IMG/VR virus record: IMGVR_UViG_3300035532_000115 | Location: 1 to 46,706 of that record | Strand: one strand, 5' to 3' | DNA from: a virus | Lineage: Duplodnaviria; Caudoviricetes | Length of the DNA: 46,706 bases | Part shown: piece by piece, positions 11,701 to 20,123 of the stretch | Numbering within the stretch: position 1 is the stretch's first letter | How the letters are laid out: each line of letters begins with the position of its first letter | Notes under the pieces: generated by a model | The model's input: the letters and a program-made list of their open reading frames with translations, nothing else | Databases searched by the model: none | Told to the model about the DNA's origin: nothing | Translations under genes and position numbers: made by a program

Positions 11701-14700
11701 AAGCACTTACTATAAACTTTAATACAGATGATGATGGTGATTGTAGTTTTAGAACTAAAGAAGTTTCTGGTAGTTGTTCTATGGAAATAGAAGTTAGTTT
11801 TAATATTAATTCTAAAAAAACTGGAAGTACTTTTACTAGTTTATCTATTTATAATCAAGACAGGTCTAGTTATTCACAGATAATTAGATTAAATAGAAGC
11901 GATCAAGATAGCCCGCGTTTACATTTTGTTAAAGATGATACTCTTGTAACTTTTATAGCATTTTCTGGTACTTCTATTGAAGACATTACAAAATTTAAAA
12001 TTGAGAAACAAGGTTATACTTTTACAATCTCTTACTTTAATAGAGTTTCTAATACATGGTTGTCTTTTAATTCTTTTGATGATTACACTTTTACATATTA
12101 TGAGCCTGTATTTTTTGAGTTTTTAGTTGATAAACAATCAGATTTTCCTGAAGAAATTATTAATATTACAAATGCTAAATTAGTTTTGGAAGATAAGCTT
12201 GTTCAAAGCGATTCTGTTTGGGGAATTAGTCCTGTAGAAGGAGGCTCATCTCTTTATTGTTTAGAGTATCTTACTCCAGAAGTTTTGACGGATTTAGGGC
12301 CTATATTAATAATAGATGATCTGTCAGATGGTAGGGATATTCAAAACTTTGAATTTTATTATTATAATGAAGGGGTTGGTGGTGGTGGCTTCTCTATATT
12401 AGATAATAACGATGATGAAATTTTAGGGATAGCTACTAATTCTCCAGAATGGATGGTACATTCCATTAATGGTTGGGAAGTTATAAAAGACAGTGTTGTT
12501 TTAGGTAATGATGGTTGGTACAAAGTTGTAGTATCTTTTGATTGGTCGTTGTTTATAGCTGACATTACCTGGCAGAGTGCCTACACAAATGATGATTATA
12601 TTAACTGTTCTGTTGGTTTGATTAAACAAACAAATGTATCTAAATTTCAAATAAGAGCTATGGCTGGTAGATCTTGGGGCTTAAATTACCAGAAAATTAA
12701 ATTTGACAATATAACTATTACCCCTAATACTTATTGGATGTATGAATGGTCACCATATAATTGTTTATCAGGGGATTCTACTGTTGAGGGGTACGATAGT
12801 TCTTGGGGATTTTCAACAGTTGATCCTAAACCTACACTTATTTTAGATTTAGGTGGAACATATACTATAGATAAATTTAAATTAGTCCACAACCCTTCTT
12901 CAGAAACTACCGATTGGTTAAATACTGCTTATACTATTTCATATTCTACGTCTATGTCTGGAATATTTACCCCAATAGTACAAGTTGCAGACAATACTGA
13001 TTATAGCGTAACACATTACATTGCCGATACAATTACTTGTGCGTTTGTAAAATTAGAAATAGATGCATATACTAAACCGACTATAGCTCCGATTTTATCT
13101 GTAGAGGGGCAGGATGTTTCAGATAGTTATATAATTATAGATGGTGGTTTTTTAAGAGAATTTGAAATTTGGACTTATGAAAATAATGAACCTATAAATT
13201 CACAAGATCATCCAGTAGTTTGTTTGGATCTTGGATATTTATTTAATATTTCAGGACACGACTTTAAGTTATATGGTGATTATCCTTATGCCGATAATTG
13301 GAGTAATGATGAAGATTTTTATCAATACTCAGATGATTGCAGCCCCAATCCTAACGAAGTGTCTTTTGGGCCAACCAATGGGGCAAATATCCCTTTTTAT
13401 TACTATGATGAGTATATAGATGTTAATTATATTGGTGGGCCTGTTATATTAACTTCATCTGTGTTTTTATCTAAAGGTGATTATAAAGTGCGATGGGAAA
13501 TTTATGCTCCTGATACTGATGGTCTTGTTAATATGGATATTATTGGTTATAAAAAATACACATTATCTTCTTCTGTAATAGCATCCGATTGGATTTTTCA
13601 AACAAATTCTATGAATATAACTGAATCTGGTTATTATTCTATACAAGTCCGTGCTTTACCTAGTAGCCTTACTGGGCCTTGGGGGATTAGAGCTGTTAGT
13701 TTTGAAAATACTCAAACAACTTCTAAATGGGTGGCGTTTAGGAGAATTACTGCTGAAAATTTTACTTATGATGAGAGAGATCCTAAAGCGATTTTAGAAG
13801 AGGATCGGGGAGTGGCTGTTGGAATTGATTATTTAGAAAAAATATTTATATATACGAATGAGTATATTCGTCCAACTGAATGTAGTTGGTGGTGGTCTTC
13901 AGGTATGAGTGTTTTAGGTAATGATGATTTCAATACTAAAGAAGGCTTTCGTTCTTTGAAGATATCATATCCTGATTCTAATAGAACTGATTTTATTAGA
14001 TTTCAGGAGGGGGACACTTTTGGTTTAGATGATAAGTTTTCGTTTAAGGATTCTTTAACTATGTGGTTGTATATAAGTGATATTGAAAAATTAGACATTG
14101 GATTTGGTGGTATAGCTTTTGGCAGTTTTGATGGTTGGAATAGTGAGGAGACTTTAAATAATTATTTAGATAAGTATTATGATTTGATAGATATTACTCA
14201 AAACATTCATTATTGGGATTTTAAAGATATGGATCTCATTACAGGTTGGAATTTAGTCAGATTACGTTTTGATCATTATACTAACATTTATCCTGAAGCT
14301 GATCCTAATACAGGTTTTTTAGATTCAATATTAAACTATCGTAAACATAGAACTTCTTCTTTTGGTATGATGTTTAAAGGTAAAGGTGAGGCTTTTCATA
14401 TGTTTTTAGATGCTATAAAGATAGAAAGGAATTATTTCTATGATGATGTAATTTTTGGTGATAAGGGTTTATGCTTAACTTGGGGAGAATTTGCAGAAAT
14501 ACCGCTAAGTTGCGCAAATCTTAGACGTGGGTCAATAGAGATGTGGCTAAAATTATATACTGGTTCAGATGGTAAAGATATATATGAGGGAGTGGCTTCT
14601 AGAACTATATTTACTTTGGTAAACAATAGAGATGAATGTATAACTTTAAGTATAAGAGGTTCCCATTGGTTTGAGATAGGTATAGGGAATACTAAAGCTT

Positions 14701-15248
14701 CTTTTTATCAATTATATGTTGATTCTACAGAATATGATTTAAGTAACTACACTTTTGGTATAGGTGATATTTTTCATATAGCATTGGTGTGGAGTAATGA
14801 TGGTGTGGATATGTCTAATAATAATACGCTACGTTTGTATATAAACGGGACAGAATGCTTATCTTCTAATTCAACTTGGGATGTAACAGATGATAAGGGG
14901 TCGTTGTTAAGATTGGGAGGGGGCAATTCTTATTTATCTACTAATGATAATGATGATGGTAGTGCTATTTTTAGTAATGTTAAATTGTATAATTACTGTA
15001 AAGAAGATTATGATTTAAATGAACGAAGCCCAAAAATATATGAAACGTCTTCTCCAAATTCTTTTTTATACTTATCCAAAGACGATGTTAATTTTTATAG
15101 TAATACTTCTGTAGAACTTCCTATGGTTTTTGAAGCACTTCAGCCTGGTGAAAATGTAAAAGTGTATACTAAAGTAGATAAAACAAATCCAGAATTATAT
15201 AATAAACATACAGGTACTATAACAGTTGATTGGGAGGTTCCAGTATAG
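5736..15248 (+). CDS. Giant (3170 aa) putative tail/virion adhesin with LamG (ConA-like) and discoidin/F5-8-like domains
   Basis: LamG motifs FTIDFRV...WYHVAVVRFNGTLGLYIDG...FNGYLDEVRF and RGSIEMWLK...FHIALVW...LRLYING; repeated discoidin-like xDLG motifs (IDLGRR, IDLGQR, LDLGG, YDFGAGN). TTG start. Confidence 0.7.
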   Translation: MKTNYNLLKDAYSIKNVSTCRYDSLHGYVSDFSRNGDVDGWDIYSNICLYGVWDNILFGTSLDKECYISRTNIFIPIPAEEYHIFKVTMKLTIPDDLPEHFIPTKGRLMWQTVADPSWDEDKSVDFDLVVNDQWYSYIINTGESQYWQGDVSNVRIYPFTDGKPDIRFTIKTINIDSTDYFQCINTQCDYYTKYSHPCLGIGKRASITSGIPKEHFTTVSGVDDKLIINIDGYGDQQVNLGNFTNLDGNSVAKVLVNKISLLNVGQYAYMEAEFISDQNKLILYSGSYTEGGSIEVGGPAAKVLGFFDEFGTDVSYKTVGEAPASGFDYSASRRLKGFELNGLIDLDTNHSAYSHNPNQYTVEAGRSDFVDSMSSTHAPRPIDVDYYEELDGNNKLIIDGSHPVNDSGRITLIKVNGSRCKDVDVDMYSSSRFSSSFSKVVLLRPYKPDNVETSIAQIIYTATIEDPEKGTVHTADDVTYSVEVDWLVNKGDLIGFYNFNVLCPFSMYQRQPNAVYFEVLGLPDGKFSIGKPAAKGVIGLSFYARSSRLQENIQLDIDLGRRVNIEELYVYGEELKTDYEYNVAACLDVNWEVDLHNETHWHSVSHCYSSIQHREVEHRNKAYGIECLCDCITTPDNGQQGTSYTTNPLGGGLHYDGTKYIQNDDPDTYSGLVTIGNHCYFYVNGDGEWNNAGCSYSSDENAAVNYMEFQYPWNGGEPYDYEFDPITFTLLFPYGKKIDVHKSAIYFKESNNFKHLSLSYYLGEFGENGDAEEIHWKYVPTFTSIDIDGTMLYEGITDGERRSQQYDEIYFSNPWPWAKPEYKDGQCTNWDIYQTVMNERLNTLTHYFEPVGCYGFRYHNEWHLSTKITEIEVFSYLLIEPSLLDNVSVYSSVYSDEWYELVFTEDVVDSGRIKAHVAGSPRYLKLEIKSQDIFKFKELNAFVSNEYIKNLDCYNTIAADNAPKGVVTESKELTIENTYNVPLNLIVDIPADLFKQEDILSWIRFDSEESTINAEIGTGAVVRKNPDYPLFMEKGQVANNCNSYYLKNMVDGAASYQLLNNYKWCYYKTLYHNEDVGFTNSVAGKAYSATFDKVSSKYWKLGVFDTGRYELSSFKLYNGLDLVDNYNIYIQAISDLYSGKFKTSIDPVTGSILPVGLVEDDFSNNTYLDYWDYSFGTNPGNNNFIEKHGAILPYLDAWGFASISKEFFPGVLSFSIDINFRFDLPNNLKYIIELIDEDNRVLFTMSLTGQLDTTAVLDVWMDFPIDQEMTYAAVYGTNPMIYAAEYNITNINLEELTFSVKKVGNTFDFVSLINSKGESLFSVSDKTAFPDRVTKLRISYKNISSENYYTQTNKISTSNVNFKALPYLSAQEYIAFDFNSSEPVDRFEFVHTQDELLKPAVLISNLDNNDYVFWARNFSITGSLTSYNFKTYSDNAYTIFSTLSVNSKPWNLFTDDGDKKFYFSDCNSCYVKYDFGAGNSKIINYIYYVPYTSTNYQTPDTLQLYGTNQYGSSFDPNSSDNTLLVEFEINKYGEPNAYNEEYFVNNNYYRFLIIYWPPRENKNQTLLLSQKIILGYKFDSSPTSSLMITENNYYNYIAIDLGQRHDIDFLRNSGPNEDLYNIWNNADIVFSGSDTDNIEEVEWIATLPALLLNFEDFTDSSEYSHILLKTGDVTISTVDSPVVPNGHAIFNGGSISIDSSSAFNLYSNEFTIDFRVLRISNGYGGIISKVSDLNSTSSFSFTFDIDGYLVVTLHSGGNLFELKSQNVLNTYNWYHVAVVRFNGTLGLYIDGEVQDSIYIGVGVEINSSVTPLILGNIRGFYFNGYLDEVRFLNGLAYWEHSFNPPEVAYSSAIVGDKTNARWVKIPLLCGDNIVRYLQYIGIYPNITKAYMPGGGFNCEWIPFTPSNRLTDYSEGARNIAPYCTILNIAQMVYDFDESGLAGWGNLNYSSVLSSGIEQTNFSGEFVDSIWESYTENFTNIYSNIVQENKALTINFNTDDDGDCSFRTKEVSGSCSMEIEVSFNINSKKTGSTFTSLSIYNQDRSSYSQIIRLNRSDQDSPRLHFVKDDTLVTFIAFSGTSIEDITKFKIEKQGYTFTISYFNRVSNTWLSFNSFDDYTFTYYEPVFFEFLVDKQSDFPEEIINITNAKLVLEDKLVQSDSVWGISPVEGGSSLYCLEYLTPEVLTDLGPILIIDDLSDGRDIQNFEFYYYNEGVGGGGFSILDNNDDEILGIATNSPEWMVHSINGWEVIKDSVVLGNDGWYKVVVSFDWSLFIADITWQSAYTNDDYINCSVGLIKQTNVSKFQIRAMAGRSWGLNYQKIKFDNITITPNTYWMYEWSPYNCLSGDSTVEGYDSSWGFSTVDPKPTLILDLGGTYTIDKFKLVHNPSSETTDWLNTAYTISYSTSMSGIFTPIVQVADNTDYSVTHYIADTITCAFVKLEIDAYTKPTIAPILSVEGQDVSDSYIIIDGGFLREFEIWTYENNEPINSQDHPVVCLDLGYLFNISGHDFKLYGDYPYADNWSNDEDFYQYSDDCSPNPNEVSFGPTNGANIPFYYYDEYIDVNYIGGPVILTSSVFLSKGDYKVRWEIYAPDTDGLVNMDIIGYKKYTLSSSVIASDWIFQTNSMNITESGYYSIQVRALPSSLTGPWGIRAVSFENTQTTSKWVAFRRITAENFTYDERDPKAILEEDRGVAVGIDYLEKIFIYTNEYIRPTECSWWWSSGMSVLGNDDFNTKEGFRSLKISYPDSNRTDFIRFQEGDTFGLDDKFSFKDSLTMWLYISDIEKLDIGFGGIAFGSFDGWNSEETLNNYLDKYYDLIDITQNIHYWDFKDMDLITGWNLVRLRFDHYTNIYPEADPNTGFLDSILNYRKHRTSSFGMMFKGKGEAFHMFLDAIKIERNYFYDDVIFGDKGLCLTWGEFAEIPLSCANLRRGSIEMWLKLYTGSDGKDIYEGVASRTIFTLVNNRDECITLSIRGSHWFEIGIGNTKASFYQLYVDSTEYDLSNYTFGIGDIFHIALVWSNDGVDMSNNNTLRLYINGTECLSSNSTWDVTDDKGSLLRLGGGNSYLSTNDNDDGSAIFSNVKLYNYCKEDYDLNERSPKIYETSSPNSFLYLSKDDVNFYSNTSVELPMVFEALQPGENVKVYTKVDKTNPELYNKHTGTITVDWEVPV

Positions 15249-15260
15249 TGGGGATAATAT

Positions 15261-17963
15261 ATGGCAAATTATAATTTAATAAATAGTGGATTAATTGAGA
15301 CCAACGTTTTAGGTAATAAGCAATTAAGTACTGAAGAACTTGCTTATTTATACAATGGAAATACTACAACTTCAGGTATTACTATTTTAGATACTGATAT
15401 TTTATATATAGATATAGATTTATTTAATAGGATTAATGTTGAGGATTTTAAACTATATATAAATGTTGTAGGAGATAGGACAGCTTCATTGGTAAATGTT
15501 GATTTTTATTATAAAAATTTAATAGATGACAACTATACTTTGTGCTCTAAAGAACATGACTTAGAAACTTTTTATCCTATTAATTTGCCAGAATTATTTG
15601 CACCTAGATTTTTTAGGATAGTTATATCATCTTTAGAATGCTCCATATTTGAAATAGAACTCACTAATGAGGATGACAATATAGCCTTTGGTGATGATGG
15701 TAACCAATCTTTTGTTACTGTAGATCATACTTATGGTAATTACACTACTTTACCTATCTTTAATAATGCTGACGTTGACACTTCATTAGTAAATGCATAT
15801 GTTTTAGTAGATTACCAAGGGAATGCGTCCGATTTTTATTTGGCTTTAAGTGATTCACCTGATGGTGAATACAAAGGGTTATCTAGCGGCGCAGTGATAG
15901 AAACTGATGACACTTCTTTTAATTATACTTGGTCAAGAGGGGTATTTTATGGTACATATGTAAATGGTGATAATATTGAGCATGATCCTACTTTTTTTGA
16001 AGACAGTAGTTATTATACTACTCCAGTTATATCTTTTGGCGATCCCTTAATGTCTTCTTTTTTAATTACAAATAAAACTGTTCCAAGTGGTACCAGTATA
16101 ACTTGGGGAAGTTCAGAATATCAAGATACTGTAAAAATACGTAGTAGTAACACTCCACCCCTACCTTTTACTAAATTCTTTATTACAAGCACTGAATCAG
16201 ATTATATGGTGAATATTTGTAAGGCAGATATGACTAGTGGTGCTATGGATATATATTCTACCATAACTACTACTTCTACTTCTAATAATTCAGTGTTGTT
16301 TGATAAATCTTCTGGAACTTTTCTTATTCTTTTTTTAAATACTACAGTAAAACGTTTTAAATATGATTGGCTTTTGGATTATGACACTGTTAATGATACT
16401 AATGGTGGTATTATAGCCTCATCATCATCTTCTGCTGATAATGGGTTTAAAAATAACTGGGCAGTGGACGGTAATGGTAATGTTTGGGGGTATGTTAGTA
16501 ATAGTGGTTATAAATTAAGGTTTCTTAATGCGGCATCTTTAGATGCCACGACAGTACTGACTGATTCTACTAATTCTTTTGTTACTGATTTATCTGCTAA
16601 TTTAAGGCATAGTAGTTGTTGGTTCACTGATCCAACAGTTAAAATGCTTAAACATGTTGATTATAGTGGTGATTTGATAGTTAGTACTTCTATGAATAAT
16701 CCTACATATGTCACATCTTTATACGATGGTGGATGTTTGGTGGTTGATGCTGGAACTAGTAATATAATACGATTAGATTACTATGGGGAAGTGGTATCAG
16801 AAATTAGTTATCCCTCTACGTATTCAATTGTAGATATTGATTACAATATTTCGGAGGAAATTACCACACAAGCACACGAGGTATTTTGGATACTTACTTC
16901 TACTGGGTATGTATACCAATATTCATTTTCAGGTGAAATTATTTCAGATATAATGTATATTTCAGCTACAAGTATACATGCTTTTTTAGGTGGTTGTTTG
17001 GTGCATTGTTCCTCATCAAACAAAACTTATCAATTGAATTCTGACGGGGTTCAAAGTAGAGAATGGGATTATTCGTCGCTAGATACCATGGGAGTGGCCC
17101 CTTTCCCAATCTCTATGACTTATGATGAATATTTAAAACAAACAGGATCTAGTCAACTTTTACCTGTCAAATCTGACCCAGTTTGGGGGTCTGACAGTGA
17201 TGCTGGGTGGGAAGAAGTCAATGATGATGGTTATTTACTTCCTTTTTCTAAATATCATCAACTTAAATATAAATTTAATACAGCAAGGTTAGAAGTTCCT
17301 ATAGTTAATGGTGGTTTTGAAACAGGCGATTTCACTGGTTGGTACGGTGTTTCTGATAATTGTACTATTTCAACAAAATCTTATGAGGGTACTTACGGCT
17401 TTAGGTTAGGTACCAATTACGGTAATTTTAACTGCAATCTTTACCAAATGATTAATCTTAGTGATATTTCTGGTATAGATTTTGATATTTTAGATTTTAA
17501 TAGTCAAGGTTACATATTTAATCTTAATTTTTGGATACTTTGGTATAAACGTTACCAGGATTATAATGGTTATTACTCTAGGGTCTATTTAGATTTTTAT
17601 AACAATACTTCACAATCTATACCAGGATTTCAAGTTTATAAACACTTTGAGCATGGAGATAGTTATTGGAGAAATATTAATCTTAAAACTAAGTTACCTA
17701 CTGGGACTAGGTATGTAAGGATTCGTGTTTTTGCTAAAAAATATTATTACGATTATAATACTGATGTATTCGATTGTTTTAAAGCTCAAATTACACATTC
17801 ACCACAACTTAATACTATTGGTATGCCAGAACCTATAAAATTAGTTGATATAGCACCGCAAACTTCAAAAAATGTTTATCTTAAGACAGATTTTCCAGTA
17901 GGGACAGTAGACAAAAATTATGAAACAAGATTAAAATGTTGGTGGGGGGCTCAGGAGGAATAA
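15261..17963 (+). CDS. Putative virion protein with beta-propeller-like repeats and a C-terminal carbohydrate-binding-like module
   Basis: Repeats such as WAVDGNGNVW, CWFTD and CLVVDAG; IVNGGFETGDFTGW is typical of the start of CBM-like jelly-roll domains. Confidence 0.55.
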   Translation: MANYNLINSGLIETNVLGNKQLSTEELAYLYNGNTTTSGITILDTDILYIDIDLFNRINVEDFKLYINVVGDRTASLVNVDFYYKNLIDDNYTLCSKEHDLETFYPINLPELFAPRFFRIVISSLECSIFEIELTNEDDNIAFGDDGNQSFVTVDHTYGNYTTLPIFNNADVDTSLVNAYVLVDYQGNASDFYLALSDSPDGEYKGLSSGAVIETDDTSFNYTWSRGVFYGTYVNGDNIEHDPTFFEDSSYYTTPVISFGDPLMSSFLITNKTVPSGTSITWGSSEYQDTVKIRSSNTPPLPFTKFFITSTESDYMVNICKADMTSGAMDIYSTITTTSTSNNSVLFDKSSGTFLILFLNTTVKRFKYDWLLDYDTVNDTNGGIIASSSSSADNGFKNNWAVDGNGNVWGYVSNSGYKLRFLNAASLDATTVLTDSTNSFVTDLSANLRHSSCWFTDPTVKMLKHVDYSGDLIVSTSMNNPTYVTSLYDGGCLVVDAGTSNIIRLDYYGEVVSEISYPSTYSIVDIDYNISEEITTQAHEVFWILTSTGYVYQYSFSGEIISDIMYISATSIHAFLGGCLVHCSSSNKTYQLNSDGVQSREWDYSSLDTMGVAPFPISMTYDEYLKQTGSSQLLPVKSDPVWGSDSDAGWEEVNDDGYLLPFSKYHQLKYKFNTARLEVPIVNGGFETGDFTGWYGVSDNCTISTKSYEGTYGFRLGTNYGNFNCNLYQMINLSDISGIDFDILDFNSQGYIFNLNFWILWYKRYQDYNGYYSRVYLDFYNNTSQSIPGFQVYKHFEHGDSYWRNINLKTKLPTGTRYVRIRVFAKKYYYDYNTDVFDCFKAQITHSPQLNTIGMPEPIKLVDIAPQTSKNVYLKTDFPVGTVDKNYETRLKCWWGAQEE

Positions 17964-17966
17964 AAT

Positions 17967-19106
17967 ATGGAAGCAGTCTTTAATAGTATTAATTCATTTA
18001 GTGTAGACGAAGATAAAGTGTCTGAATTTCCTGCCAAACGTAGGGTTAAGTTGGATTGTGGGGAAGATGGTGTTAGATATGCTTCAGTTGTTTCGGCTAT
18101 TTTTACAACTACCACTATAGTTACAATAGATGAAGATGTAGTTACTACAAATTTAACAGAGGTGTGGTATAGTGTAGTTAAACCAGGTCAAGAAGGTAAT
18201 TTACCAGATCATTTTCATACAAATACTGAAGGTGATGGTGGGCATATTGAGCCGCCACCTTTAGATTTTATAAGTCTTACTGACACGCCTTCCACCTATT
18301 CAGGAACTGAAGGTTATTTTGCCAAATCTACTGGATCAGGTGTAGAGTGGGTTGCTGCTAATTTAGATGTTGAAGGTAGTTTATGGTTTAATGGTACAGA
18401 TAGTCCGCCAGATCAAGAGCTTGGTGAACAGAATTCTTTTTATCTAAATACGGTTACCAATGATATTTATAAGAAAAATTTACCTACATACTCTACTACA
18501 AGTGTTTTTATAGGTGGTATAGCTTCTGCTAGTAGTACTTATAGTAGTTGGGTTCCAAGCCAGGTAGTGGATGGAAATACTAGTACAAATTGGTATGCGT
18601 ATTCTGACGAAGATGAATGGTGGCAGTATGACTTAGGGGCAGGTAATGAGACACAAATTTTAAAGATAGTTTTGTATCCTGTTTGGAACAGGTTAAAAGA
18701 CTTTAATTTTTTAGGGAGTAATAATGGAACAGATTGGACTATTTTATTAGAAGGTGTTTGTTCGAGTAACCCAAGTACATTTGAATTTGAAAATTCAACA
18801 AAATATAGGTATTATAGATTACACATTATCAATGATTTATATACTGAAACAGCCTATACAGGTATAAAAGAGTTATATTGTTATACTGTTACTGAGTTTG
18901 ATTGGCAATTAATAACTAATGTTGGAGGGGCTTCTACATTTGTAGATCTAACTGATACCCCTTCAACTTATTCAGGCGGGCAGTATTTAAGAACCACTTC
19001 TTCTGGAATAGAAAGTATTGACGGTATAATAATGAAAGCACCTAATGAGTCTGAGTGGTTAATACAAGTTACTAATTCAGGTACTTTATATACTACAGCT
19101 ATATAA
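17967..19106 (+). CDS. Putative tail fibre protein with a discoidin/F5-8-like domain flanked by LTDTPSTYSG repeats
   Basis: ASASSTY...VDGNTSTNW...WWQYDLGAG...GSNNGTDWT...YRYYRL; two copies of F-x-x-LTDTPSTYSG. Confidence 0.65.
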   Translation: MEAVFNSINSFSVDEDKVSEFPAKRRVKLDCGEDGVRYASVVSAIFTTTTIVTIDEDVVTTNLTEVWYSVVKPGQEGNLPDHFHTNTEGDGGHIEPPPLDFISLTDTPSTYSGTEGYFAKSTGSGVEWVAANLDVEGSLWFNGTDSPPDQELGEQNSFYLNTVTNDIYKKNLPTYSTTSVFIGGIASASSTYSSWVPSQVVDGNTSTNWYAYSDEDEWWQYDLGAGNETQILKIVLYPVWNRLKDFNFLGSNNGTDWTILLEGVCSSNPSTFEFENSTKYRYYRLHIINDLYTETAYTGIKELYCYTVTEFDWQLITNVGGASTFVDLTDTPSTYSGGQYLRTTSSGIESIDGIIMKAPNESEWLIQVTNSGTLYTTAI

Positions 19107-19172
19107 TAAAGTATTATTAGTGTAGATAGAGATCAGTTATATCTTGATTTACTCTTATGGAGGTTATAATAA

Positions 19173-20123
19173 ATGACATCGGATTTGTATTCTTGGGTTG
19201 ATGTAGAAGATTATTCTTGGTCAGATCAACCCTATATACAATGGGCAATTTATAGTGGGTACTCGCTCAGACAGTTATGGCAAGACACCGATTATGTTTA
19301 TGTTGCGCTTGTAGATGGGTTAGATATTATTGATTTAAATTCCACTGAAAAAGTAGCTTATATTCCATGGAAAGGTGGTTTTTCTACTGTATGGGCTTCT
19401 AATGATGTTGTTTATTTGGGTAGTACTACAGGAGTTAAATTTATAAATAAATCTTCTATAGTAGGGGATATGGAGGACCCTATAAATTTAATCGAGTTTT
19501 TAAATAACTATAATTATTATGAACCGGCCTCTATTGATATTAAATATATACATGGTTTTGAAGATAAATTGTCTATTGTGACAGCTTCTGGGTTAGACTT
19601 AGTTGATAATTCGGTTGGGGGCTTTAAAAGTTCTACAAATAATGGTAATATTGAAAAATGTTTTTCTTTGCCTGATCGTTCTGTTTATTATACTACAACA
19701 ACAGGTGTATTCAAATTATACTCATATTTATTTGATTGGGAAGTTCCTGATAAGACGTTTTTGTTTGATGTGGATATAAATGATATATTTGTTACACAAC
19801 AAACTGCTGTTAGTGGTATTAATAATACATTTTTTATAGCTACATCTTCTGGTGTATATGTTTACGATGAGGATATAAATCAAGTTTTTAATTATTCCAC
19901 TGAATTAGCCGGTACATCTATAAATATTACTGGTATTTTGGCCGATTTGGATTCCGGAATTAATACTGGTAAAATGTATATAGTATCTAGTGGGGAAGGT
20001 GCTGCTTTTTCTATATTTGACTTAAATACTAAAAAATTATGGGATAAATATACTTTAACAGAAAAAGGTAGAGATAACTCACTATTATTATCAGAAGACC
20101 TCGTTGATTTGGGGGGCTTTTAA
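19173..20123 (+). CDS. Putative structural protein, beta-propeller-like
   Basis: GGAGG RBS; repeated strands VYVALVDGLDII, VYLGSTTGV, IVTASGL, FIATSSGVYV. Confidence 0.55.
   Translation: MTSDLYSWVDVEDYSWSDQPYIQWAIYSGYSLRQLWQDTDYVYVALVDGLDIIDLNSTEKVAYIPWKGGFSTVWASNDVVYLGSTTGVKFINKSSIVGDMEDPINLIEFLNNYNYYEPASIDIKYIHGFEDKLSIVTASGLDLVDNSVGGFKSSTNNGNIEKCFSLPDRSVYYTTTTGVFKLYSYLFDWEVPDKTFLFDVDINDIFVTQQTAVSGINNTFFIATSSGVYVYDEDINQVFNYSTELAGTSINITGILADLDSGINTGKMYIVSSGEGAAFSIFDLNTKKLWDKYTLTEKGRDNSLLLSEDLVDLGGF

Noticed and set aside
19122-19152. Imperfect intergenic hairpin before the 316-aa gene
   Set aside because: AT-rich with a mismatch and no U-tract; too weak to call a terminator.
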